From NCBI RefSeq assembly GCF_964355755.1, contig NC_092671.1, positions 39,814,304 to 39,878,303 of the forward strand: a stretch of DNA of 64,000 nucleotides, written 5' to 3'. Each line of letters starts with the position of its first letter. Position 1 is the stretch's first letter. Under the pieces are notes generated by a model. It searched no databases. It was not told where the DNA came from and was given only the letters and a program-made list of their open reading frames with translations. Of the stretch, positions 34,321 through 48,400 are shown one piece after another. The DNA comes from Antedon mediterranea (Eukaryota; Animalia; Echinodermata). The translations under genes and the position numbers were made by a program.

Positions 34321-35944
34321 TCATGAGACTTCGATCATTTCGCAAGAACTGCTCAAAGATCTCTGACTGCTTAGCGAACGAGAATCAACATCATCGTCCA
34401 TTTCGCAATCAAAATTTTGGATTCTTTCGTACGTTGGCACACGCTCAAATCTTTCTCTTACGACGATTTCCGCAACTGCTTCTCTTGCACAAGAACTAAT
34501 TTCTTCGCACGATGCACTTTTTAGTGGTGTAAAGTTCCGTGTACGACTGCACCATGCATCAACCACATCGCAATCGAGAAGCCCCTCGTAACTACCGCTA
34601 CGTCGTGGCGAGTCTGTACCACTACTTTCACTCGAGTAAGACTCTAAACTTTTTTTCGAATTTGAAAGATGCAGATCTGGAACTTTTTGTAAATGATCAC
34701 GATGTCTTTGTCGTGATGATTCTCCTGTAATATCTCGATGCCGCTGTCTTGATAGCGGTTCTTTATGACGTCTTGGCGGACTGGGGCTTAAATCTTTTGA
34801 TTTTTGAGGAAACCTAAATGGATTTATTTCTATTTGTTGCGGTCGTGAAATAATAACTTCTTGAGAAGGTTGTAAACAGGATACATCTTCTTCTGGTGAC
34901 ATGACACCTGATGAAGGGGTCAAACCAGAATCAATTGAGGAAACAGTTGATTGTCCTGAACCAAGAACACATTGAGATTCTAGAGAGGCGGTTGAGGAGC
35001 TGGTACACAGAACACCGCTACTTGTATCAGACTGTTCACTAAGTTGTCTTTTAAAATATAAATTGGAAGGACTCTCAGTCGTCGTGCTCGGAGTTGACAA
35101 TCCAGTATCAGCGGTTGATTTATTCTGCACCTGATTTGTTGGTATGGCAAGTTTTAACGATCCCTGACCGATACGTAGTTTTCCTACTTTTCCTTCATGC
35201 TTACCAACTTCTTTTTGTTCATCAGATGGCGCGCTTGGAAGGACACCGATTGTAATTTGCGAGTACGCCGATGATTTTGAAATCTCAACGTTCTCTTTTT
35301 CCTGAGTTGCTTGCAGTGCCTTTTCTGCTTTTTCGATCGACGTGTCTGTCCATGACGCTTCACGTTCTCTTTTACGACTTAATGAAGGACTTTTCCCTGA
35401 TGGTTTGGCTTTTGGCACTTCTGTTGCCATCTTTTTACACGCTTCTACAAATGGATTACAATTTCTTACTTCCGGAGAGTTGACACTTAGATTACTCGTC
35501 ATGATTCCCACTTGTAATAGTGGGTCATCAGGAGTTTTAATCGGTGACAATGCACGCATTCTTACAGATTTCAAACAAGGTTTAGTTAAAAATATTGGTC
35601 CCATTTCTGTAACTTTCTTTAATTCAAGTCCTTTTGGTCTCTCTAGTGTTTTTGTTGGAGATCTTTTCAGAGGTTTCTTTAATAAGTCCGAACCTCTAAG
35701 AGGTAAAGGTAACGATTGACATGCCGTGACCTTTGATCTCTTTGATGTCCAAGGCCTTTCACTAGGATCATGTGATCCTGAAACAGAAGATTTTGATTGG
35801 TCAACATTGGACTTTTGACTAGGTGCTGATGGTTGTTTAGATATTGTTGATTTACGTTGAAGATTTAAAAGTTTTTCGTGTTCCAATAACTGACCAAGAA
35901 AGTTGAAGTTTGGTGAGATGGTTGGCCTCTTGTCTTTTACATAC
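34321..35944 (-). CDS. DUSP16: DUSP8/16, long terminal exon
   Basis: Reads YVKDKRPTISPNFNFLGQLLEHEK, then about 500 aa of Ser/Pro-rich tail ending EMIEVS*, matching the conserved IEVS C-terminus of DUSP8/16. Confidence 0.95.
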
Positions 35945-36193
35945 CTAAGTAAAAACACACAAAAATATACTTTAGAATCATTGTCATTATCTTTATTATT
36001 TACCAAAATACACTTATTTGGGCTATATTAAGAAATCCGGTTTTTAAAATGCATTTTACATTACATACATATATACCTTTCTGGTTATAATAGAGGTCAG
36101 GTCAGAGTTAGATTATTATTAGAACTCCACAGCTAGGACACCTCTTAGACTCCTACAGTATAACATTTCCCTAGATTTCAATTAAACATGTAA

Positions 36194-36303
36194 AGCTCTG
36201 TCTACACTATCAAACTAGTTTGACAAAAAATGATGTGCCCAAATATGGTAGGTAGTGATATGACATCATCATGTCCATATACTGTATGGGCACATCACAT
36301 TTT
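36194..36303. mobile_element. MITE family A, truncated copy
   Basis: Left TIR and interior present, right TIR missing; ends about 27 nt from the donor of the DUSP active-site exon. Confidence 0.78.
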
Positions 36304-36330
36304 GGAAGATTCCAAGATTTGGTTACTAAC

Positions 36331-36454
36331 CTATATGCCTCTTCAGAAGTCATGTTCAAGTGCTGCATGATGTAAGCAATGGCTACAGTTGGTGATCTTG
36401 ATATCCCAGCATAGCAATGAATTATAACAGCACCATTTGCAGATCTAGCTTTAT
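36331..36454 (-). CDS. DUSP16: DUSP8/16, active-site exon
   Basis: Reads DKARSANGAVIIHCYAGISRSPTVAIAYIMQHLNMTSEEAYR with an intact HCxAGISRS catalytic motif; 124 nt, phase 1-2. Confidence 0.96.
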
Positions 36455-37250
36455 CTATATATAAAAAAATTAAAATATTTTTTAAATGTTAAAAACAAAT
36501 TAAAATGTCATAAAAGAACAAGCAAGTGTTTAGAATTGAACTCTAAAAATATGTCACAAAGACTAGACGAAACGTGGGTAGAAGTAAATCGATGCGGAAA
36601 ATGAGTAAGTTTTTAAAACGTGACACGGCATCAGAACCTCTTTCAATTTCAAGATCCTTAAAAGGGGATGACTAGTTCTAGTTTCACTACTATTAAAAAA
36701 AATTAATCTCAAAAAAATATTTTCAGAAATCTCACAACAAAAAAAGGATTATCATGATGTTACTGAATTTTAGCTTTAAATTTGAATGGAATCAATTAAT
36801 GATTGAAGTGTACTTATTAATGAAATATTAATTTTTTTTATTAAAAAATCACATGGGATAGCGATTGATTGAGCTGTTAATTTTATGTCTGCTTTCAACT
36901 CGTAATTTAATGTAACATTTTGGTGAGTACACTTTCACAACATGTCACTCAAATTGTACTATTTATGCACATTTATGCACCATAGTAGACACTGTGTCTA
37001 CATTAAACATAATGTGTAGGAAATGACGTACAAGGCTAAGTAGTAATATTGTGGTTTATGGTCAACTTATAGGGGAACATACTGTATGTCAACAAAAATG
37101 TTCACTATGTTTTATGTTCATTTCTCCAGTTAACGCCTGGGTGTATATTGCCCAACCCCAACAAATACTGAAATATACCACATACTGCAACATATAAATA
37201 TTCTTATGCGTATTAATTTATATGATAAAAAAATATTTGAGATATCTTAC

Positions 37251-37583
37251 CAATAAATGCCATGGCTTCTTTAAGGAACGGTAATATCTTCTCGCAATAG
37301 TTATCGTGGATAGGTATGCGACAGAAGTTTGCTTCGGGCACATACTTGGGCGCGGGACACGTCTTACTGATGTTAAGGACGTAGTTGATCCCGTTGACGT
37401 GCATTAAATCTTGGTTCATGACATCTTGCTGCGAGCCAAGATGCAAGAAGCTCAGGATCTTGGTGGGACCCACGTTAGCCACCGGCATGCAGGGTTGTGA
37501 GAGTGGCGCCAGCGTGGAACACTGGCTCGAATCACGAGAAACACAAAGATTCGGATAACTCGCCTTGAATCTCACAAAACCAC
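37251..37583 (-). CDS. DUSP16: DUSP8/16, linker and start of catalytic domain
   Basis: Reads GFVRFKASYPNLC...LSQPCMPVANVGPTKILSFLHLGSQQDV...NGINYVLNISKTCPAP...FCRIPIHDNYCEKILP; SQPCxPVxNVGPT is characteristic of DUSP8/16. Confidence 0.95.
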
Positions 37584-38336
37584 CTGAAAAATATAAATGA
37601 TTTGTCAGGTTATAAATTGTGAAATACACTATCACTACTGTACTTTATAACTTATCATACAAATTCCACAAGTAACAGCTGTACAGAATAAGTTTATTGA
37701 TTGTGTCTGTGAATTCTAGATTTGAGTAATATAGTAGTTTCAACTCCCACGATCAAATTAAATCCTTCCTTCTAGCATTTCTCTACATTTTTCAAACTAT
37801 TCACCTTCCTCAATCATATTCCGTATCATAGCTGTTTGGGATTTTATTTTATACATTGTTTTTAATTAGTATCTTTCAGTAATGAGTGCAGAAGCATGTA
37901 ATTACATTTTTAAGGAACTTACAAATGCAACAAATATGTACCTGAATAAACATAACCTGTAAAAATGTAAATTATACCTTATCCAATTATTAAAACCAAT
38001 TTTATAGCTTTGTAAACATTTTATAAATTATTGTGTGACCCATTGGGTGTAACACCAAACATAGTGTATGTATGGAGTTGCCAACTCACTGGTGTATGTA
38101 TTCGTTTATTAATAGACTTATTATCAATTACTGTGTAACCTATGGGTGTAGAATCAAACATCAATGGTTTGCTATCTTCTCTGCAGGTACATATCCAAAG
38201 GTAAAGATATTAATCTTTTTAGGAAGCTGTTTATCTTTATGTACATAAATCCTTTAATGTGTCAGATACAGCATACAGCTGGTGACTGTTCAATTTAAGC
38301 CTTTCAATTTTAAATGTACCTGCTGTTTTATTATTA

Positions 38337-38482
38337 AGCTCTGTCTACACTATTAAACTAATTTGACAAATATGATGGTGATATACTGTACCCAAATATG
38401 ATAGTGATATCACATCATTATGTCCAAAGATGGACATATCAGATTTTTTTATGACATTAAGTTTCATAGTTGTAGACAGAGT
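38337..38482. mobile_element. MITE family A copy
   Basis: AGCTCTGTCTACACTATTAAAC ... TGTAGACAGAG; diverged interior. Confidence 0.78.
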
Positions 38483-41400
38483 ACCTACCTACTGTTTTAT
38501 TATTAGAATTTAAAAAAAAATTGCAATGACAGAAAATGATTAATTTCAACTAACAATAAGAAAAAAAACACGGACGTAAGCAGATAAACTGTATAATAAA
38601 TAATTCCACCCACAATATTATAATTTTTGTTTTATTGATAGTATGAACGGTATAACAGAAATCTGACAGTTAGAATAGTCATTAAAGAATGCTTTACAAA
38701 AGAGACACAATACTGGTTCAAACGGTTTAAATCAAACAATAGCACAATACACATAGACAATAAAAAAGGTATTGAATTTGACACACTAAAGCACGACGAT
38801 GAGAGCATTGATAATGAGTCAGAACCATTGAAGGCTTCATGGCTGCTAGTCTATAGAACAACCCACTTGTAGATAGATACTACAGCTGTATACCATACTT
38901 GGGCTGAGTGACAATCAGTCACTTGGTTACAATGTTTACTACTATGCTTAACTACAGATGATCTGTCCTTACATTGTATAGTGAACTGTAATATCTCTAT
39001 GTTCCTTATCTGAATATATAAATTATATGAATCACATTATTACACAAAGAAGGGAAGACACATTGAAATGCAATGTTTCGATCAATTTTTATAATTATTT
39101 TGGGTAAATTTATTTTGACTTTAAAACATAAATAATGTTTATATGTTAATGTTAGATATTGTATGCTTGTTTGATAATATTTAATGTTCCATTTAGAGTA
39201 CTGTATATTAAACCAACAAGAGTAACTACTCCAAGGCAGTATAGTAACACTAACCATATGTGTAATTATTGCATCACTATGAAACAATGTTTTAAAAATA
39301 GAGGATATAAAGGATACAACTATACTTTTTAGTAAAAAGAATCAAGATTTAAAGACTATAAACTTATTCTAGTATCAATTTGATCTTGTGTAGAATAGAA
39401 CATTGCAACACCAGGATAGACCGGGAAAATACTAAACCTAAACTACTAAATTAGACGATTTCTAATGCAATATTGCACACACACGTTTTCATTAACTTTC
39501 ACTTTATTGTATAAACTATTGAATCAGAAAGAAAACTTTTTTAAAATAGAAATTGCTGAATATTGTTTGAAATATTGTAAGTACACTCAAAATAAAACAG
39601 CCAAAATGATTTATATCTATAATAATATCTTTAAAATGATAAAGGAAAATAATCTGAAGAGATAACCACCCGGGGTTTGTTAACTTGTGCCCATCTTGTA
39701 ACCTTGGATTCTTTTGCTGGTATTAAGATATGAATAAGAACACATGGCTCATTTATGAGTAAAAGAACAATAAAATAAAATAAAGAAAAATAAGCAATGA
39801 AGAAGTCAGTAAATAATCCAAATTAATTGAAAAACAATGAAAAAATTAATGTATTTGTGAAATAAACATACATAACATTACAAAATGATTTACAAGTATT
39901 GTACTAAAAATGTTATGACTAGAGAATATGACACTATAGTGGGGTATGTTTGGATATCCACTTTCTCCTCAGGGTAGGACAATGCTGCAGTATGCCGGCT
40001 AAATGCATGCAGTGTAATATCTATACTATTATTAAATTCCATGGCTGAGAGAAAAATGTATTAATACCAAACAATTCTAAATTAGACAGATGCATATAGT
40101 ATAATTAAATTGCAAGGATATTTAACAATGTTAAGCAATGCATACAGATGATTTAGTTAAAACAAAAGGTCTTAAAATACTCCATCTAAATAGAAAATAA
40201 TCCCACGCTTCAAAAATACAAATAAAATATAGGAAAGATGAAGAATAAATTACCTTTAACATTACCAAGTATTGGTATATCCAAACACATATGTAACACA
40301 ACTCTTATTCCTACATGTATAAATCCAATGATAAAACAACAACAAGAATCCTGCAAAAGTTGAGCTAAAATGAAGCTAGGATCCTTGTAGTGAAAAGCCC
40401 GCTGTTACCACGATCGCTAGCTATGAGTGACTGATTCTCATCAGCATAGGAAGTCAGACCAATCATTAGTTTACAGGATATACTGTACTACAGCGATGAT
40501 GACTCACCCTATCTAAACACACAAGACTGGTGGTGACCATGGTAGCTGATCCATCAAACATACACACTCCCGCTGTTAGCAGGATTAGTCAACGTTACAG
40601 CTATAATAGCAGAGCAGTTTAATACTGTAAAACATAGCTGGTGCATTCAACCAACGCACAACCTCCCGCTGCTTGTGATATTATTAGTAAGCAGCCAGCT
40701 ATAACAACTAGTGAGATTTTTAGCATTCTTTGTATGAATAAAAAGTTGGTAATATTACTACAGCTGTAGTTATAATACGCAGACACAAGGCATAGAATAC
40801 AATCAACATTAACAGATTCATTACATTCAATGGTGGGAATTTTACATAAATGGTAAATTATTTAATTTATGTCCTTGTTCTGGTGAGAAATTAATTAACA
40901 AGAAAATGATTTAATTAACAATGAGCTCACTGTATGTTAAAGTCATTATGAGAAAATAGTTTTAACACATGTATGCAAATGAATAGGAAATGTGTAATAA
41001 TAAATTTAAAGTAAAATGTATTACTAATTTACTTTCCAAGTACTCTCTCATTAGCACTGATGATAGAATACTAAAGGCCTGGGAATTTTAAAGGATAATA
41101 TTCATAATTAAAAAACTGACAACGATATACAGGGACAATTTTCTCCAGTGCAGCAAAGCCAAATGCTATCAGTACAATACTCATATAAATTCAATACTCA
41201 TTTATTAAATGTGCCAAAAAGGCAATGCAAAACAAATTTTCCAACTCCTGATTGATCAGCAGTTAATTCTACTTAATCAAAATTTTAAAATGAAAATATT
41301 CTTATTCCATATATGGGGATATCACTACCATATTTGGGAATATCACTACCATGCATTGTTTAGGCACATCACACTTTAGTGAAAACGTTAAACAAGATCT

Positions 41401-42918
41401 TTTAGTATCATCGCAAGTTAAAAAAAGTTCATACATTTGATTTATGAATCATAACTATATCCCTTTCACATACTTTAGCATTATCTACACATAAATTATT
41501 TGATGGACAATTAAACACGTATCATGCATCACGTGACACGCACTTACGTGTATTTGCGACTCCTTTAAATGTTGTTTCTTTGTGTGAATCTAGTCATAGA
41601 AATGTCTTTGTGTGGATGATGAACAATAACTATTAATCTTCGACTTATTAGTATCTACGGGCAATTTTAGATCAATTACAATCTCCAACTTTTATTTAAC
41701 CAAAAAAATATAAATCACAAAATTGTGATTAATGCTTTAAGATTAAATTAGATTTTTTGAAAAAATAAATTAAATTAGTAAATTTGAAGACAATGATGAG
41801 CGAGATAATTAAGAAGTTAATGACTATGTGCGTCTGGTCACATGGTAATGTTTGGTAATTTCCCTTTTGTCTAGCATCACTTTGTCTTCTTTGTTTGAAT
41901 CCAATCAAAACTTGTGAGATATAATTCAAACAGGAAGTCCTCATATATCCAACCATCCCCCCTTTTTTTGATATTAATAATTTATTAATGACACATTTTA
42001 AAAATAACTATTTTTAACATAACAATTTTAGTTATAAAATATGAACGATGAAAGATAAAGATATAAAAACTTATGGGCTAATAGTAGGATATAGGAATAG
42101 TATGTACTTAGAGCGGAATACATAGGTTGAAAACCAGTGAACAAAAATTAGTTTGTACGTTTTAAAAATCACAAATATTCTGAGCGTTACGGATATGAAT
42201 ATTCTCATTCATCCCGGTAGTATTAATTTTAGAAAGATATCAATCTAATCCAAAAAATTTCTGTTGATTATTCAAAATGTAATACTGTATATTAAAAAAA
42301 AAGTTTATTTTAATGATGTACACAATGGTTTGCAGTTGTTTGGAAGTAGTGGAATCGTAGCAACCAGTTGTTGGCCAGCTGTGGTTGACACACAGCAGGT
42401 GTGCAAGCCACAGGACAAGCTGTTGGTGGACAATTTACTGGACATGCCACCGGTCATCTGTGGTGAAGCTGAACAAGAGGTGCAATTGAGGCCATGGCCA
42501 AGGTTGACAAGTTAACATCCTATAATAACGTGTCCTGGGATATCCCTATAAATAATGCAATGGAACAATACTATACAGCCTGACAATAAGGATACTTTTA
42601 CGGTCAATGATAAGTTCAATGATAAGTACTATATAATAATGATGACAGACAATTCCAGCAGCGTTATTCAGGATATGATAGTATTGATAATTGTATTGTA
42701 ATGACGGACGTTATTGATGACGACATGCTGATGCTAATAATAAAGAAAACTTTAGTGAATTTTAAGTATAAGTGATGACAATTGAAACTCAACGACTACC
42801 AATTGACTAAAATCAAATTCTTTGAATGGACTACCTGTAAGTAGCACTATTAATGTAAAATAGCATAAACACAATTCATCCAAATATAGTACCCATTATT
42901 AAAAGGCAAATTACGTTC

Positions 42919-43272
42919 TCAATGGAGATACAAATAAAATAAGCACTGAAAAAATGACAATGCTGTGGGTATCAGTGGCTGGATCTTGATGGAGATACAA
43001 AAAAAAAATAAGCACTGGAAAAATGACAATGCTGTAGGTAGCAGTCGCTGGATCTCAATGGAGATACAAAATGACAATGCTGTAGGTAGCAGTCGCTGGA
43101 TCTCAATGGAGATACAAAATGACAATGCTGTAGGTAGCAGTCGCTGGATCTCAATGGAGATACAAAATGACAATGCTGTAGGTAGCAGTCGCTGGATCTC
43201 AATGGAGATACAAAATGACAATGCTGTAGGTAGCAGTCGCTGGATCTCAATGGAGATACAAATAAAATAAGC
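42919..43272. repeat. 48-bp minisatellite (5 near-perfect units plus longer degenerate units)
   Basis: Unit CAATGGAGATACAAAATGACAATGCTGTAGGTAGCAGTCGCTGGATCT. Confidence 0.95.
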
Positions 43273-44210
43273 AAAAACTACTATGTATAGTAAAGTAAAC
43301 ATCCGGGAAGAAGCACAATGTATTATCTCTTTCTTATGTTAATACTGTATCATCTTATGAATGAACTCTTCACAACATGACCATACAAAGCCAAATTGCC
43401 ATTGCTTTATTGTATTTACAAAACAGGACAAAAAAAGAGTACACAAAACCCTGGTATGTTGAGTCCAGACTGAATACTAGGCCTTAATAGGAAATAAGTA
43501 GAACAGCATTTCATGTATTGTACAGCACGGCTGCATTCTTATGGTAAACCACAGATCAGCAGGGTAAACCCACTATGCCTGGATAGTAGGGTGAACTCTA
43601 GTAGAGCATACGACTCTGCTTACGGTAATACTTAGTGCAGAGTGACTGCACTTAGCAGGACTGTGTACATGATGACTCATACTGTTAGATTAGCCAGGAT
43701 AAAGTATCAACCATGGATTTACAGAACTAATCAAATATCAGCTCACACACGGAGAGCTTAGTACTAATGTGACTCACTTACACTACACAGAACATCAAAT
43801 ATTGAGTCACAAATACTTACTCACTCAGAGTATAGTGGAATTTTTAATTTATTATAGTTTAAAATTAATTGGATAAAATTGCAAATAGTATAATATAAAT
43901 TATTATTTAAGTGTTATGGGTAAACATACTTGGGATATTCCTTTTGTTGACAATACGGAAGATGTATTACAGTGTTTATGACACCTGGTTAATATTTAAA
44001 GAAGATTCATGAACCAGGCACCTAATAAACTAAGAGCCTCCAATCCAACTACAGTCCCTGGAAAATCCTAAATTAGAACTTCTTGCTTCATATAGAATTG
44101 GGTTAGGTAGGTGAAGTAGCATAAATATAAACACTGTACATTTATACAAGAAGAAGATAAGCTATTGAAGTATTATAGTTATACTGTAAACATATCACTG
44201 AAACTGGTAA

Positions 44211-44365
44211 AGCTCTGTCCACACTATCAAACTTTATGTGATGTGCCCATATATGGACATAATGATGATGTTATATCACTACCATTTGGGCCAATCACTA
44301 CAGTACCATATTTTAAGCACATCACACTTTTTTTGCCAAACTAGTTTGATAGTGTAAACAAAGCT
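44211..44365. mobile_element. MITE family A copy
   Basis: AGCTCTGTCCACACTATCAAAC ... GTTTGATAGTGTAAACAAAGCT. Confidence 0.82.
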
Positions 44366-44649
44366 TTAGAGACTTGTGCTATAAATACTACATATTACAG
44401 TATATAATAAAATATCATTGTATATTTGATGATACACATTTTAAATGACTAATAATGTGATATAATTTAATCAGCTATTTTTTACTGGTAGAGTTTTGAG
44501 AAGTGTTAATAGAAAGATGTACCACTTGTCTACGTAGCTGTCGTGGAAAAAAGTCAGAATGACGTTTTGACTAAAAAATGATGGGTTCATACAGTAATGA
44601 CTTTAGAACTTCTAAAGAGTAATCAATCAATTTCAATTGTTTTGGTGAG

Positions 44650-44724
44650 ATCCACCTCACCATATTGCTATAAATAACACCTTGATCAGATCAGTGTTAT
44701 TTATAGCAATATGGTGAGGTGGAT
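44650..44724. repeat. Perfect 31-bp inverted repeat with 13-nt spacer
   Basis: ATCCACCTCACCATATTGCTATAAATAACAC ... GTGTTATTTATAGCAATATGGTGAGGTGGAT. Confidence 0.92.
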
Positions 44725-44754
44725 TCAATGACATTGTTTTATTTACTCAACATA

Positions 44755-45485
44755 ATTACATCACAATCCCAAAATTGGATGACATCATAATCTCAAAATT
44801 GGATGACATCATAATCTCAAAATTGGATGACATTTTAATCTCAAAATTGGATGACATCATAGGTCGTGTTCGTACGGTGGTTAAAATAAGCGCTTAATTT
44901 CACCCATGCCTCGGGTTATAAATTGAGCCTTGTTCGTACTTGAAATATTTAACCGCTTAATCGACAAATCACAAACCGGAAATTACGTTATAAGGTCAGT
45001 TGTCTTTACAACCTACGACCCCATTTTCGCACGCTAGTTTCGCGTGTTGTATATTTTTTACTCGCGATCTTTCTTTACAATAACAATTTTGAATTACACA
45101 TTGCCTCTATCGGAGATTTATTATCCTCGAAGGCCGAGTATAATTGGATTATCGCTGAAATAACCTGCAAATTTGGTGAACATTTTGCCTCGAATTTTTT
45201 GTAGCCTGAGGCAAAAGTTAATTGGATCACGCGAACGGAAATCGGGAATAAGCTGGTATTTTCAACCCCTACGAACAGGCCCATAGATCTCAAACTTAGA
45301 TCAGATGACATCATAATCTCAAAGTTGGATGACTTCATAATCTCAAAATTGGATGACATCATAATCTCAAAATTAGATGACATCATAGATCTCAAACTTG
45401 GATGACATCATAATCTCAAAATTGGATGAGATCATAGATCTCAAACTTTGATAAAATCATAAATCTCAAAATTGGATGACATCAA
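44755..45485. repeat. ~24-bp minisatellite interrupted by a MITE
   Basis: Unit GGATGACATCATAATCTCAAAATT on both sides of 44862-45282. Confidence 0.9.
44862..45282. mobile_element. PIF/Harbinger-type MITE, 421 bp, inserted in a minisatellite
   Basis: Imperfect TIR GGTCGTGTTCGTACGGTGGTTAAAATA vs GGGCCTGTTCGTAGGGGTTGAAAATA; ATA duplicated on both sides. Confidence 0.8.
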
Positions 45486-47985
45486 ATCATATTCATAATC
45501 AAAATAAAAAGGTAACATTTACATTTTATTTAAATTTATTTTGTTTATCTTTAAAAATTTTTTATTTACATTTAATTTGTATTTTAAATGTTTATGTCTC
45601 GTCATGATGTATTTTTGTGAGGGTCCCTAATGATCAGCTTCGGATGGATGGACCACCCTCGTAAAATATTGTTGAAATAAATAAATAAATAAGCTACTTA
45701 TGTAGTTGGTAACAACATTTTAAGGAGATTTGTGTACTGGAAATTACTACCGACTCTCCTTCCCACGCATCGAAGAAGTAAACACATTATTCTGTATAGT
45801 AAATTGGTAAGATTATGCGATGTAGACATGTTGAGCATAGTGATGTAGTACGTTTAGTTTCATGAGAATTAAATCTAGTTAAACTTACTACTGTATATTA
45901 GCCAACGTAGTACATGAAGATAGAATATATAGTAGTCATAAATGCATCATGTAACATGTTACTCTTTGATATAGCTATATTTAAAACCTGCACAAAATTA
46001 AATTTAGTGAATATTCCTCTATTTTTATTTATTTTCAGATACCGATCTCACTCTTATAATTATGTTTATTTTACAAAAAAAGAAAATTATTTAAAAAAAA
46101 AAAAAAAAAAAAATGATATTCGTTCAGACTTACGAGTCCTATACATTACTAGAAATATGGACACGGACTACAGGTTTACTAAACAATACTATGCAGTACT
46201 ACAGTATTTTTCTTGTCTATTATTATTATAATAAGCTGGTTCCAAAGTGACTGGGCCGACCTGAATAATTGATTAATTAATGGCCAATTAAAATGGTTTA
46301 AAAGGACGTCATACCACAGGCAGCTTACCAATACTTAAGTGTTACATGTTAATTTTATTACTCTTAAATAATGTATAATTGATTTTTTGGGATGATATAC
46401 TGTAAGCACATTTTAATAATTACGTTATGTAATAATATAACAAACATTATAAAAATGTATCTAAAATAAATTGTCATACGCCACTTTCCTGGAATTTCTA
46501 AAATTCACAAATATTATTATATTATTATTTTTTCGTTTGTGAACCATATTGTTAATTTTTATCTACATTACTTTAATAATTATAACTGACATCAATTGAA
46601 ATATGAGTTCAGTTTATGAGTTTATTTTAGTACGAATACTTAAGCTAGGATACTTCTTTAAATAAAGACCTAATTTTTTTTTTTTTAAATTCAATTTTCT
46701 GTCATACAATTACAAAGAAGACAAAAACAAATAAAAGGCAAGAAAAGACCAAACAGGTACTAAACCAAACCTATGCTAGTTGATAACCCAGAACAGAGCA
46801 CAGAAATAAACCAACAACAAAAAAATTAATATAAATAATTATTGAATTTGTTCTTTTTTTCATACGTTAAACCATTTTTAAACAATGTTGTCACCAGTGT
46901 CATTGAAAAAAAAAATCAATATTTAAAAAGTCAAGATTCACTTGCCAACGTCATCAACAACGCAAACTCATATTAATGTTAATATAATGAACCTAGATAT
47001 CAACAACCACTTCACATCAAAATATCAACATTGCTTTCTGGCGTTCGTCCAAGTAAACATTTACGTCAGATTGCAGACGTAATTAACATCTTGGTTTGGA
47101 CAGGTAAAATAGTGGCAAACACTTCCGCTCAGGATAGACAATTTACTTTGTGGTTGAATGTATTGAATGTGGTTATACATCCACATAAATGGTGTCTAAA
47201 TAGCTTGGTATGTCCGCTTATTATACACAACATTAAATCTTAATGTGATGAATGTTATATTTTTTCTTTGATTTAATTGAATTGTCCCATTTTTTTTTAC
47301 CGGATCAAAGCGTAATTGTTTGTTGATAAAAAAATAAAATAAAATGATGTACTTGAAATCATTCTTGCGTTCTCATTGATCTAACCTGCCTTTTTTCTTT
47401 TAAATTTTTACTTGATACATTTGTAGATTTTTGTGACAATTTTTAATGACATTTAAAAAAATTTACGAAATAGCCGACTCATTTGAGTTGCAGCGATGTA
47501 TTTTGTTCAAGAATAAGATGCCCTTGCCCAGAATTTTTTCATCTCCTTATTTTTTTATAATATTGTATTGATTTTATACTGGTCAAAAAAATAAACAAAA
47601 CAAAATTAATGAACAAAAAACGACCAAAAATAGCATATTAGATTAGAAAACTAAAATCATGTTAAAGTTAATTGTAATATTCACAATCATGATTTAATGT
47701 ACAGTGCCATTGTCAATATTATATTTATCAATTTGCAATCACAATTTACGATCACAATCATTCAATATACATCATAATATTATCATCAAATATGATCTTA
47801 TTATCAAGATAAAACATAACAATGCTAGCTCCATAAAATGTACAAATTAAACAGCATTAACTGCAACGAGATGGAAAGGTCATTGAAATGTCACAACGAG
47901 TCTTGGGAAAAAAGGAAATGGTAACAAAGTGCCTGGATGTTAGATAATGAATAATTCATATCATCACACAGATGATAAGATGACG

Positions 47986-48400
47986 CATAATGTACAACAT
48001 TTATATACAATAGTATGTGAACGAGTTTAAAATAGAGAAAATATTTTGAGAGAACAACCTTTATGAAATTATTCTCACTATTCAACAAATACAAAACATA
48101 ATGTACAATAGTATTAGTATGTGAACGAGTTAAATGGAGAGAATATTTTGAGAGAACGACCTTTATGAATTATTGTCACTATTCAACAAATACAAAACAT
48201 AATGTACAACATTTATGTACAATAGTATGTGAACGAAGAGAGAATATTTTGATAGAATGACCTTTATGAAATTATTATCACCATTCAACAAATATAAAAA
48301 CATACTTAATACTTAAATGTACAATACAATAGTATCTGAATGTTTATGAGTTAAGTAGGAATAATAATTTTGAGAGAACGACCCTACTGAGTTGAATAGG
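47986..48400. repeat. ~100-bp degenerate tandem repeat, about 4 units
   Basis: Recurring TAGTATGTGAACGA...ATATTTTGAGAGAAC.ACCTTTATGAA...ATTCAACAAATACAAAACATA. Confidence 0.85.

Noticed and set aside
35342-35719. Plus-strand ORFs overlapping the DUSP last exon
   Set aside because: Antisense shadows of a long coding exon.
42919-43302. Repetitive ORFs on both strands
   Set aside because: Artefact of a 48-bp minisatellite inside a DUSP intron.
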